Assembly: GCA_965240325.2 (NCBI GenBank)
Contig: OZ251255.1
Coordinates: 558,001 to 622,000 of the forward strand
Reading direction: 5' to 3'
Origin: Rebecca billardiae RCC1528
Lineage: Eukaryota > Protista > Haptophyta
Length of the DNA stretch: 64,000 bases
Shown: positions 35,410 through 47,600 of the stretch, in pieces
Layout: each line of letters begins with the position of its first letter
Position numbering within the stretch: position 1 is the first letter of the stretch
Translations under genes and position numbers: made by a program
Notes under the pieces: model-generated
What the model was told of the DNA's origin: nothing
Database searches by the model: none
The model's input: the letters and a program-made list of their open reading frames with translations, nothing else

Positions 35410-36953
35410 AGGTGGCACGGCAGGAAATCGCCCGGACCGGCGGGACGCGACGTAACAGCCATGGCTGCCGCGTGCGCGCGCCGAGTCGAGGCTCGTGCAC
35501 GCCGACCGCGTACGGCACGGTCCGGAGCGCATGACGGGTGGTCGAAGCACGTGCGCCGGCCTCCTGCCCCGCCCTCTGATGAGCTCGTCGCGTCTCTCCT
35601 CACGCTCCAGCCGTGGACCAGCGTGCACACGTGCGGGTCGGCTGGCGAGCTGCAGACGCGGTGGATGTGCTGCATGGTATGTGCGCCACTGGCCGCCCAG
35701 ATGGTCAGGGCGTACGGGGGCGGACGTGCGCACGTGCGTCCAGTCGTTTGAACCGTGCGCCGAGGCCGTTTTGGAGGTGTGCACCTACTCGCGGATGTCG
35801 GCGGCACTCCATGGGCAGCCCGTGGGGCCAGAGAAGCCGCGACGGGCAGCATTCGGGCGAGGTGCGCATGGCCCCATGGCGGCAGGGAACGCCCTGTGCG
35901 TGCGCTACGGTCTACGCCGAGGTCAGCAATATGGACTTGGCCTGTGTATGTGGCTTGAACAGTCTGCTTGGGGCCCTACGGAAGTCACCGCGCGTGCGCA
36001 GCGTCCCCGGTGCCCTATAGTAGGCTATACGCGGCATGCCAAAACTCGAAATCTTTTATAGAACTTCTACTGGGACCCTAGCTACTCCCGAGCCGTACTC
36101 ATAAACTGTGCTTAGCCAGCTCGGCATGCGAATCGGATTTCAAAAAACGAAATTAACACGGAAATGGTCCTATTTTGGCTATTTTGAACCACTTTCATGT
36201 TATTATATTTTCGTTTTTTGAAATCCGATTCGCATGCCGAGCTGGCTAAGCACAGTTTATGAGTACGGCTCGGGAGTAGCTAGGGTCCCAGTAGAAGTTC
36301 TATAAAATATTTCGAGTTTTGGCATGCCGCGTATAGCCTACTATAGGGCACCGGGCGGACGCTGCGCACGCGCGGTGACTTCCGTAGGGCCCCAAGCAGA
36401 CTGTTCAAGCCACATACACAGGCCAAGTCCATATTGCTGACCTCGGCGTAGACCGTAGCGCACGCACAGGGCGTTCCCTGCCGCCATGGGGCCATGCGCA
36501 CCTCGCCCGAATGCTGCTCGTCGCGGCTTCTCTGGCCCCACGGGCTGCCCATGGAGTGCCGCCGACATCCGCGAGTAGGTGCACACCTCCAAAACGGCCT
36601 CGGCGCACGGTTCAAACGACTGGACGCACGTGCGCACGTCCGCCCCCGTACGCCCTGACCATCTGGGCGGCCAGTGGCGCACATACCATGCAGCGCATCC
36701 ACCGCGTCTGCAGCTCGCCAGCCGACCCGCACGTGTGCACGCTGGTCCACGGCTGGAGCGTGAGGAGAGACGCGACGAGCTCATCAGAGGGCGGGGCAGG
36801 AGGCCGGCGCACGTGCTTCGACCACCCGTCATGCGCTCCGGACCGTGCCGTACGCGGTCGGCGTGCACGAGCCTCGACTCGGCGCGCGCACGCGGCAGCT
36901 ATGGCTGTTACGTCGCGTCCCGCCGGTCCGGGCGATTTCCTGCCGTGCCACCT
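35410..36953. mobile_element. ~1.54-kb foldback element with ~740-bp inverted arms, TA-flanked
   Basis: TA|AGGTGGCACGGCAGGAAATCG ... CGATTTCCTGCCGTGCCACCT|TA; arms near-identical, with mirror ORFs 35495..36061+ and 36341..36868-; the centre near 36150-36210 is itself quasi-palindromic. Confidence 0.93.
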
Positions 36954-37010
36954 TAGAATGGGTCAACTGGACACCGGGGCTAACTGGACAGTCGGAGCGG
37001 CGGACAGGAG

Positions 37011-38508
37011 GTGCAGGCGCAGCTCCAGCTCGCGGTCAAGTACTGCCTCGCGAATGATGTGAGCGCGTACCAGGCGGTGAACAACGACGAGCTCAAGACT
37101 GGTTGGCCGCTCGTGACGCGGTCGACGCTGAATCGCGCGCTCAACGCAGCTCAGACGGGCACGCCCTTCCACTTCAGCGTGCGCGAGAGCTTGCGTGTCC
37201 TGACCGTTGCCGAGGAGGCTCGGCTCGTGAAGTACGCGAAGTTGAAGAACATGGCGGAGCAGGCGATCACGCGCGAGAGCATATCGGAGGTCGTGCTCGC
37301 GATGCTGCGGTACCGCGCGGCGTCAAACGCGATGGGCGGTCGCAAGAAGATTCCGCTCAGTGAGCACGCGCAGCGCGTCGTCGACGGAGGCGAGCTGGGC
37401 CAAGACTGGATGGAGCGATTCTTCGCGGAGCATAGTGACATCAAGGAGGCGCTGTACGCACACACGTCCCAGAAGCGGCTCGGTGCGTGCACGATGGAGA
37501 GTGCCGTGCAGCACCTGAAGAACTGTGATGCCGCCTTCAGGCAGCTTAACATCTCCAACTCGGCCGGCATCATCATCCATCCCGATTGCGTTCTCCAACT
37601 CGACGAGATCCCGCAGTTCTTGGACTACGGCACGTGCTCGCGCAACAACATGGCGATCGACGCGACCGGCTCTTCCGTGCGCAAGGCACAGGGCGAGGAG
37701 CGCACATGCGTCTCGTTCACGCCCGTGCTCGACCTGAGCGGCTCCATCGTCGTGACGCAGTACAACTTCGCGCAGTCGTACTGGACAACCGGGACGTTCT
37801 CGCACAAGTTGCTCGATCTCTGTCTTTCGCGAAAGCGAGGGCCAAAAGTGCGAGGTGCTGTTTGCCACGTCGGAGAAGGGGACTCAGACCGGCGACACGT
37901 TCGGCGAGCTGGTCAGGGTCATCATCGAGACGCGAAAGACGAAGAAGCTGCGATTCCCGTTCGCCCTGATCTCGGACGGCCACATCTTGCGATTCGGCGA
38001 GCCATGCATGCTTGCGCTCGAGGGCACGGCCGCGCTCGACTCTGACGGCCTGGGCCGGGAGTCGGTGATGATCATCAGCCCTCCGGACACCACCGGCGAC
38101 CTGCAGATGGTCGACCAGATTGGTGCCGACCTGCACAGCAGGTACAACGACGAGAAGAAGAAGTTCAAGAAGTGGGCGAGCGAGCAGGAGCTCGCCGCTC
38201 ATCGCGCGCGCGCTCGCGCGGACCTAGGCGCCGACGAGCTCAACCTCAACATCAACCACCAGACGCACACTCTGTTGCCCTCGCGCGTGCAGCAGGGCGA
38301 TGATGAGTCGTCGGACGACGAGGACGCGGACATGGACGACGACTCGGCGGCCTCGTCTGAAGACGAGGGCCCGCCGGCGAGCTCGCCCGCTCACACGACT
38401 GCGGCCAGCGCGCCGGGCGCGGTCGCGGCCGCGGCCAGCAGCCGCACCGCGCCCGCGCCCGCCGTGCGGCTCGCGCCGCGCCGAGGCCAGCGCACAGTAA
38501 TAAGGTGA
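37011..38508 (+). pseudogene. pogo/Fot1-type (CENP-B HTH + DDE_1) transposase, frameshifted and lacking a start ATG
   Basis: LTVAEEARLV..WMERFF (Tc5-type HTH), QLDE, SEKG, ISDGH, PPDTTGDLQMVD; the frame changes near 37816-37822, consistent with loss of one TC in a tctctc run. Confidence 0.85.
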
Positions 38509-39696
38509 TCCGCCAACCTGCATCGCCCACGCCGGTCAGCGGCGTGGGCGCAGACTGCTCGGCGCGCCCGGCAATCTGCTCGGGTCAGCTGCGCGCACAC
38601 CTTTCGGGCAAGGCGCGCGACGCGCACGGGGTACGCATAACGGCATAATTCCGCCCGGACACAGTGGCGCGCAGTGCGCGCCACTGCGAGATGAGCGCCA
38701 AGACCCGTCGCGCCGCCCGTCGCGCGTGTCGTCTGCGGCGGCTGGCATGGCTGTGGCGACGGCGCATCGCGGCCTCATCATTTGAAGAACTCGGCCCGCC
38801 AAGGGACATCCGGCTGGCTGCAGAAGTGTGCCGCCTCAGCCTCTTCTCCTGCCTTCTGAGCACTACTCGACTGCCACCCGGACCGAGAAGGCCAAACCGG
38901 TATAAAGAGTCCCGGGTTGCCCGACCGCGCCCGCTTCTGCTGAGTCCAGCGATGACATGCCGGCTTCGGAGTCCGGTGCAGCTTGGCCTTGCGAACCGGT
39001 GCGCATCTGAGGGGGCAGCTCATCATTGGCATAGTTAGTAATACATTATTATTAGTAGTAGTATATGTTCGACGCTCACTTCCGAGTTCCTTCCGTAAGC
39101 CCGCGTCTTGCCCTTGCAGCACATCCGGTGCGATGAAGCGACGGCGCAAGCACCGCCAGCCGGCCGAACGGCAGGCAGACGCATGCGGCATGGACGAATC
39201 ACAGCAGTGCCCCATGGCCCATGGGCGCAGAAGAGGCTACGGAGGCGAGCCATCGGAGCGTCAGAAGGGGTCCGTAGGTGCGACCAGAGTCCAGACGTAC
39301 CCGCCCTCGCGCGCCGTCGCCCAGCCTTCGTCTTCACCGTGGCGCGCACGCGAGGCGAGGCCGCGCACGCCACTGGCAGGGCCACTTTACCACGGGGCTC
39401 CAACAGACGGTACACCGGACACCGGTAAATACTCCGTACCGGTGCGTACCGGTGCGGCGTACCGAATATGCACCGCCACAAACTGCCGTGCACCGGTGAG
39501 AGTCCGGGAGGGGTCGTGTGCGCCCGGACCACAGCACCCGCGAGTACGGACTACGCGGAGCTGTCCGACTAGTGTCAGTGTCCGAGGTCGGACAGTCACT
39601 GCTGGCACTCGGCATAAGGGAAGGCGACTACGCCGCCGATTTCGTCCTGATAATGGGCTGCTGTTTCTATCAGTAAATAGGCCAAAAATTTTCTTC

Positions 39697-40661
39697 GACC
39701 CGTTGCACGGGTGATTAACCGTGAGCGTACGCCTGCCTGAGCTGTGTGCGTCTCTTATTCTTAGTAAACTGTACAGTTTACTAAGAATAAGAGACGCACA
39801 CAGCTCAGGCAGGCGAGATTGACGCCCGCCTATGAAAAAACGACAAGCGTATGAAATCTCGAGGTTTTGTCGCTCGCGCTGCCGCATGGCTGACGTCCGC
39901 GCGGATCCGAGCGCAATGGTGCATTGCGAAGCCGATTCGCAATGCACCAATCCAATCCGCATGTCAATCGACCCAACCGTCGCTGAGAACGAACGACAAA
40001 ACCCAGGGCAGGTGTCCACCACGAGGCCACGCCGCGCGCGCGCTGGCAGCGTGAGCCGGCGCGGTTGCAAAGGGTTGCCCAAAGGCAGAGAGATCAGCCA
40101 ATGCGGCTACCTTCGGCAAGCACGCCACCTCAGCGTCAGCATCGGTGGGGCCGTATGACGATATATGCCCTTGGATGCGGCTCCAGCCAAACGGCTCTCG
40201 ACGCGGGAAGCCGCCATCGGCAGCGAGCGCGTACACGGATACACGTGCTGTCCTCGTGAACGAGGATTCAGGAGACGAGGCGCGGCCCGCGATGCGCAGG
40301 CAAGACCTAGGGAGTGGCTCACGCTTTGATCGCGTGTACGGGTACAGAAGGCGTGCGCACGCAACCACACCGCCTTCGTGAAGCGCGTGGGCAAGCTGCT
40401 GAAGCGGCTCACGATGCGCGCTTACTTCTCACCTCCGTGCGCTCGCCGACCGCTCACGCTGCCTTCCGCGCGGCGGACCTGGGAAACCTGCCACCTGGCG
40501 CGCACGTCGCAGCGCGTAACGCGGAAAGTGGTAGATCTGCTGCCACGCTCCCGCTGCCGCCGGCGGCGGCGGCAGCGGCATGCCCACGATGCGGCGACGG
40601 TGATGACTATTGTATCACTGCCAAAGTGTCGTTTTTTCGGCGCTCACGCGTGCAACGGGTC
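39697..40661. mobile_element. TIR element Y, copy B (4-bp TSD CTTC), nested in the hAT-like element
   Basis: CTTC|GACCCGTTGCACGGGTGA ... CTCACGCGTGCAACGGGTC|CTTC. Confidence 0.88.
39730..39815. repeat. Perfect 86-bp palindrome within a 101-bp TA-flanked insertion (39730-39830)
   Basis: 43-bp arms centred on ACTG-TA-CAGT; the insertion is absent from Y copy A. Confidence 0.95.
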
Positions 40662-41302
40662 CTTCGCCTCGGGCCGGCGGGGCCCCGGGGCCCCGCGGTG
40701 CGCGCACCGGTGTACCGGTACACCGGCGCCTGCGGCGCCGGTGCACCGGTACGCGTACCCGGAGGCACCGGATCTTTGAGCCCTGCACTTTACCGGCGCC
40801 GCACCGGGCCGGAAAGCCATTTCAATAATAATTAAAATGTTTTCCGCGAGGGCCGCGGGCCAACCCCCAGATCCGACCCGACAGCAGGCGCCCGAACCGG
40901 GGTGGCTTCCCATGGCATGGCCAGCCGTCAGGTTGGCGTCCCCTTGCAGTAGTAGACTAATTCTATGATTTAAAGACACAGGCACGAGGGCGCAGCTCTC
41001 CTGATTCGTCTGTAGTGGTACTGGTCGAAGCTTGCAAGTGCAGCAGTTGCAGTGGTGTGAGCGCGTTGATGTTGGTCCCCATGGCGGATGTCGTTGTTGT
41101 CGTCGTCCGGACGTCGTCAGGCCCACCAGGAAGTGCATGGGTACGAAAACAAAGGCGAGTGAGCATGTTGGCGTCGGCCAGGCCGTCCCCTACTTGGTCA
41201 GCAGCTGGTGCGGATGATGTCGTCGCCTACTTGGTCAGTGGCAGGTCATGGTGGACGATGGTGTAGCCTGTTCTTGGTCAGCAGCTGGTGGATGATGTTG
41301 TG

Positions 41303-41947
41303 GCCGAAGTTAGTAGTAGTTGGACTTGCCTGAGTTAGTAGTAGTTGGACTCGCCGAAGTTGGCGTAGTGGTTGGACTCGCCGCAGTTAGTAGTAGTTGG
41401 ACTCGCCTGAGTTAGTAGTAGTTGGACTCGCCGAAGTTAGTAGTAGTCGGACTCGCCGAAGTTAGTAGTAGTTGGACTCGCCGAAGTTAGTATAGTAGTT
41501 GGACTCGCCGGAGTTAGCAGTAGTTGGACTCGCCGAAGTTAGTAGTAGTTGGACTCGCCGGAGTTAGTAGTAGTAGTTGGACTCCCCGAAGTTAGTAGTA
41601 GTTGGACTCGCCGAAGTTAGTAGTAGTTGGACTCGCCGAAGTTAGTAGTAGTTGGACTCGCCGAAGTTAGTAGTAGTTGGACTCGCCGAAATTGGTAGTA
41701 GTAGTTGGACTCGCCGAAGTTAGTAGTAGTTGGACTCGCCGAAGTTAGTATAGTAGTTGGACTCGCCGGAGTTAGCAGTAGTTGGACTCGCCGAAGTTAG
41801 TAGTAGTTGGACTCGCCGGAGTTAGTAGTAGTAGTTGGACTCCCCGAAGTTAGTAGTAGTTGGACTCGCCGAAGTTAGTAGTAGTTGGACTCGCCGAAGT
41901 TAGGTAGTAGTTGGACTCGCCGAAGTTAGTAGTAGTTGGTCTCGCCG
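41303..41947. repeat. 25-bp minisatellite (GTTAGTAGTAGTTGGACTCGCCGAA), about 25 copies
   Basis: Contiguous tandem units with small AGT-number variants and a higher-order block duplication. Confidence 0.95.
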
Positions 41948-42449
41948 TCGGGGACTGGTTCCGGTACTTGTGGGGGATGGTCGTGTCTCTGCTGGGCCTG
42001 GTGGTTCTGGTTGAGCTCGTCCTCCTCCTCCTCCTCCTCCCCCTCCCCCCCCCCCCCCCCCGCCCCCCGCGCGCGCGCTTGGGCAGTCCTTGCTCACGTC
42101 ACTCGGTGAACGGCACTGCGGGCACCGTGCATGCATATCGCGCGGTTCGCGGCCGTCTCACAGAGTGGCGGGGCACGAATTCATATTCGGCGGCTACTCG
42201 TTTTATGGTGCGTGCAGGCCAGGCAGTGCGGGCAGCGGAGCGGCCGGCAAACGAGCGGAGGTGCCAGGCATGCACCTTATTGGCCGGGGCACACGTAGAC
42301 GGCAGTGACGGCGCTGCTCGACAGACCGTTGGCACTTGCGTCCAGGCGGCTCGGCACCGGGCGCCGTGTAGCGCGTGCGAGGCGGGTGCCATTAGCCTGG
42401 TCCAAACGCACTGGAGCACTTTCGGGGATTTTATCGCCAAATGAACGCG

Positions 42450-42810
42450 GGCCCCTAGGCACGCGCTCACACCCGGAAACAGCGTAACAAATGGGCCCAG
42501 CCCGGGCGCAGCAAAAGTTTCGGCCTAAAAATCGCATCCGTGGCCCGTCGTGAGCGTGCGCGCGCGCGCCGCGGACAACTACGGACACATAGAGAATCGT
42601 CAGTCCGAATGTGGGTAAGTACTTAGCCGAAATGAGCCCAAACGCACGAACTTACTTATTGGCGTACGTCGAGGCGAGCATGAACCCTGGTACAGGCCAT
42701 TAGGATGGGCTGTGGTCTGTGCGCAAGTGGCCGTACTCAACTACTGCAAGATCGACTATATTACCCATTTATACCCGCATATTATGGGCAATGTACCCGC
42801 ATAAGTATGA
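42450..42810 (+). repeat. Dispersed repeat X, second copy
   Basis: Shares the blocks listed for 26240-26610, in opposite orientation. Confidence 0.65.
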
Positions 42811-44652
42811 GTTCTGGACCTGTATAATTAAAATGCTACTATGTCGTTACATATTCGCCATAGGTGGGTAGCTGTCCCAGGCTGCACGATTAGTGCGGCG
42901 CTCGGGGTGCAGTGGTCGGACGAGGCTCCGCCTGGCCTTCCGCGCACTCCTGCAGACAAGAAGAGGGCCGGACTCCCACCCGGCCAGGCGTGCGGCAGTC
43001 GGTCAGGTGCTGGACCTGGTCTGGAGACCATCTCCTGCTTGGAAACTGGCCGATCTGCGGCACAACGCGCGCCGCCGTGAGCCACACGGCAGGTTCGCAA
43101 TGGATCCGGATCGCGTGTCCATGGCGGCGTGCATCGAGTCATTCAAGCTGTCAAGTCGCGTGCCACGCCCGCCCTTTCACTTGGGGCATCAGTACTGCCT
43201 ACAACGACGACATGTGCGTCCTTAGATGAGGCATAATCGCGATTCTAGCTGCCCGTCCAAGGGTCAGATCGCACGTCTTTGCTCGCCCGACAGCCTCAAC
43301 GGCGGACTGATGTGATCCGCGGGTGACGATGCGACCGCTTCGAGTGCGCCTACGGCCACCACCGGGGTGGGGATCGTTCATGGGCACCCTCTGCGTGCCA
43401 TGACATGCTCTGGCCGTGCGTGGTGACTTGGCCCACCGCGCGTAAACGGGAAAGACACCCGAGCACGTGCTTCCGAGCCACCCGAATGGCACAATGTGCC
43501 ACCCATGGACACCAAACACGTACCAGAGCGCGAGCCTTGCGTGCTGGAGTAGCCGCACGACACCAAGGAAGACGTATGAGCGCTCTAAACCATCTTCAAG
43601 CGACGACTCCGTCGACTCTGCCTCGCAGACCGCGGTACGATCCTCGACCTTGTGCTCGCAGCAAAGGCCATGACGGTAAAGCAGCACCCAGGCCATGGGA
43701 GTCAGCCGGCAGCCACTACACTGCGACTGTACACACCCAGCCCCGCAAGGCGAGCCATCCTGCTCGCCACCAGCCCGTCATACAGCTCCACGAGGAGCAC
43801 AAATCGACAGCCGCCGCTCAGGACGACCCATGCGCAAACGTGACGGGACTGGCCGGATGAAGCGTTGGCGATGCGCAGCGCGCCCAACGCTGGTGGTGGC
43901 ATCGAGTACATGCTAGGGGTAGGTGGTGGCCCACACGAGCCGTCGCGTGGCCCGCATATTACCCGAGGTGGCCCGTCTCGAAGGCGCCGCGCAACCCAGC
44001 AGGTGAGCGTTCGACGCGCGCCGTCAGGCGAGAAGTCGACCTGGCGACGGACCGCGGGCGGCGGAAGCAACGCAGACATGTCGCTCAAGGTGTGCACGCA
44101 CACCACCGGGGCACCCGAACGATGTGTCCAGCACTACACCTGACATGAGGCGGCGCAGTCGTCCAGTCGAGGCTCTCGAGCCCCTTCCCGACCTTCGTCG
44201 CGGCGAGCCGTCGGACGGCCGGTGGCGATTTTTGACGAGCGCGACGAGCGACGAGAACCTCGGGAGAAATCAGGCGCCCAAAATCCGAAAAGGCTTTTTC
44301 ACTGGCGAAAATCGGGATGGACCAGGCTAGTGCCATGCACCACGCCCTGTCGCCCGCAGTGAGTGACGACAGTGTGAGTTGGCGCCACTGGTCAGCCGCG
44401 GCACTGTGGGCTGTGGGCACTGGCACTGCGGCACTCTGCGGGGGCTGGGCCGCCGCCTTTACTAGTTCGGTCAGTCAAAGATGAAAGAGTGCCCGCCGAG
44501 TGCCGTACGCGCTCTGTCTCAGCATTCTGCCATCATCGACCTGATGATGTAGTTGTTACAGTACTGCTCATCAATTTCACCTGGCTCATCGCGATAACAC
44601 CTGCTTATTCAGGACGCCACCGCCGCCGCAGGTTGCCGCTGGCCCGCTGCTG

Positions 44653-47600
44653 TCAAGACAACTGCGCGCCGCCGCGGAGCAGGAGCGCCGCGCTCACGTC
44701 TGCGCACAGTGCCGCGCACGCGTCCGCGGCCACGCGAGGCGTCGCCGGCGCGGCACGTGCGCGCTCCGCCGCGCGCAGCAGCGCGCGCCAGCTCGGCGCG
44801 AGCGCGGGCGACGCCCAGAGGCGCGCGAGCTCGGCGCAGCGCAGCAGGCAGCACGCGGCGTGCGCGGCCGCGCCCGCGCCGTGCGCGCCGTCGTCCACGC
44901 CCTCCGCGCCCGGGCGCCGTGCGCCGCCGGCGTCGAGCGCCGCGGCCAGCCCGGCCAGCAGCGGCCGCGCGAGCGCGGGCGCGGCGCACAGCGCGCGCGC
45001 GACGGGCGCGCACGCACCCACCCAGCCCCAGCCGCCGCCGGCGCCGCCGGCGCGCACGGCGCGAGCGCGCGAGTGCGCTGGCATGCCGAGCAGCAGCTGC
45101 AGCGCGCAGCGCAGCGCGATACCCTCGATCGGGTCGAGAGCCGCCGCGCCGCCGTCCGCGCCGCCGGGCGCGCCGCCGTCCGCGCCGCCGGGCGCGGCGG
45201 GGGCGAGCGCGGCGCACGCGGCCAGCTGCGCCTCCGCGGCGCACAGCGAAGCGCACAGCGCGCTCCACTCCGCACACGCGGCCGCGTCGGCGTCGGCCGC
45301 GTCGGCGTCGGCCGCCGGCTCGGGCGGCGCGGCCCACGCCTCCCACGCCTCGGGCGCGGCGCCGCGGCCGGCGGGGGGCTCGTCGTCGGCGTGTGCGCGC
45401 AGCACGCAGCAGCCCGGCGCGGCCGCGCCGCCGCCGGCGCCGAGCGCTCGCGCGACGGCGGCGCGCGCGGCGCCGAGCCCCGCGCCGAGCGCCGCGGCGC
45501 GGAGCGCGGCGCACGCCTGCGCGCAGAGCGCGCGCCGCGCGCAGCCGTCGTCGATGGCAAGTGCCACCAGCGCACCGAGCTCCTCCGCGCCGTCCGCGCC
45601 GAGCTGGGCGGCGGGCGCGGTGGGCGCGGCCGCGCCGCCCGCCCGCCAGCGCGCGGGCGCGTCCGCGGCGCGCACGCGCTCGGGCGGCGGCGGCGGCGGC
45701 GGCTGCGCGCGCCGCGCGTCCGCGCCGCTTCCGAACGCGGTGGGCGACACGGCTGCGCTGAGCAAGGCAGCGACGCAAGGCGGCCACGCGCCCGCCGCGG
45801 CGGCTGGGGGCGCGCCGGGCGGCGGCGCGGCGGCGGCGGCGAGGGCGGCGCAGCCCGCCGCGCTCGCCGCGCCGCCCATCACGCTCGCGTGCGCGCAGCA
45901 CCGCGCGAGCGCCGTGCACAGCGCCGCGGGCAGCGGCCGCGGCAGCGCGCACACCACAGCGAGCGCCTCCGCGCGCGCGGCCGCGGGCAGCCCGCCAGAC
46001 GCCCACGGGCCAAACACGACGGCGCCGCCGCCGCCCGCCGCCGCGCCGCGCGGCCGCGCGCTGAAGAGCGGCGCGAGCGCGCGCGCGTGCGCGGCGCACG
46101 CCGCTGCTGCGCTGCGCGCCGCCTCGGCGCCGCCCGCGCCGCGCGCGGACGGCGCCGCGGCGGCTGCCGCTGCGCTGTGCAGCACAGCAGCGCGCAGCGT
46201 GCGCAGTTGCAGTGCGCACTGCGCGCCCGCGCGCGCGCAGTCGTCGCCGCCCGCCGCCGCCGCCATGCCCGACTCCCAGGCGGCGCGCGGCAGCGCCGCG
46301 CGCCACCGCTCCGCGGCCGCGTCGGCGGCGGCCGCGTCGGCCGCGGCCGCGTCGGCGTCCGTGGCGTCGGCGTCCGCGGCGCCGCCGTCGCCGGCTGCGC
46401 GCGCGTGCGCGCGCGGCGGCGGCGGCGGCGCGGCGCCGTGCGCGTGCGGAGGCAGCAGCGCGGGCGGGAGGGTGAGCGCGGCGCACGCGCACACGAGCGC
46501 GCACACGCCCGCGCCGCCGCGCGCGCACGCGGCGCGCACGGCCGCGCCGCCGCTCTCGCCCGGCGGCGCGCCGGGCGCGGGCTCGCACGCCGCGTGCCGT
46601 GCGGCGCACTCAAACAGCGCGCGGCGCAGCGCGGCGTCAGCGCGCGCGGAGGGCGCGGCCGCGCCGCCGCGCGGCAGCAGCCGCGTCGCCGCGTGCACGG
46701 CCGCGGCGGGCAGCGCCGCGCCCGCGCCGCCGCGCGGGTGCGCGCCGAGCTCGGCGATGAGCGCGGCGCTCAGCGCGGCGCGCAGCGCGGCCGCGCCGCC
46801 GCCGCCGCCGTCCGCGGCCGCGGCCGCGCGCGCGGCCGCGCGCTCGCGCGCGCGCTGCTGCGGCTGCCGCGCGGCGGGCGGGCGCCGCGCGGGCGCTTCC
46901 GCGGCGCCCCCGCCGGCGCTGAGCAGCGCGGCGCCCAGCTCCCACAGCGCCTCGCGCTCGGCGGCACCGCCCGCGCCCGCCGCGCCGCCGGCCGCGCGCC
47001 CGCCGCCGCCCGCGTCCGCGCCGGCCGTCAGCGCGCCGAGCACAAGCGCCCGCAGCGCGCGCTCGGCGCGCTCAGCGTCCGCTGCGTCGCCGGCTGGCAG
47101 CGCGGCGGCGAGGGCGAGCGCGCGCGCGGCGTGCGAGCCGCCCTCCGCCGCGCCGCCGCCGCCTCGGCGCGCGCGCTGCCGCTGCTGCCGCAGTGCCGCC
47201 GTCACGCTGAGCACGCAGCGCAGCAGCAGCGGCAGCGGCAGCGGCGGCGGCGGCGCGCTCGACGGCGCGCCGGCCGCGGCGCCGCCGCCGCCGCCGCCGC
47301 CGGTGTGAGCGCGCGGCGAGGCGGCGGACGCCCCGCCTGGCGCTCGGCCTGCGGCCCCGGCGGCGGCGGCGGCCCCGCCGCCCCCCGCCGCCGCGCCCTC
47401 CGCCTCGTGCGCCTCCGCGTCCGCCATCGCCCGCCAGCACTGCGCGAGCAGCAGCAACACAGCAGCGCACGTCAGCTGCTGCTGCGGCTGCTGCGGCGGC
47501 TGCGGCTGCGGCTGCGGCCGCGCGGATGAGGCGCCGGGCGCGCGGCCGGGCGGCGTGGCGCGGGCGGCGGCGGCGGCGGCGGGCTCGGCGCCCGCGCCGC

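Larger units (their letters stand above)
39391..40785. mobile_element. hAT-like non-autonomous element (CA..TG ends, 8-bp TSD CACTTTAC) with ACCGGT subterminal repeats
   Basis: CACTTTAC|CACGGGGCTC ... GAGCCCTG|CACTTTAC; clusters of ACCGG(T) near both ends. Confidence 0.8.

Noticed and set aside
35358-37062. Paired ORFs on opposite strands as genes
   Set aside because: Mirror images produced by the foldback, with no recognisable motifs.
41303-41947. CRISPR array
   Set aside because: Contiguous tandem units with no spacers.
26240-42810. One giant composite element bounded by nested inverted repeats X-Y ... Y-X
   Set aside because: The two Y copies have different TSDs and copy B lies inside another element, so they inserted independently.
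42830-44450. Short ORFs in the lower-GC tract (likewise 24700-26230)
   Set aside because: No motifs or coherent exon structure; cannot be assigned without a database search.
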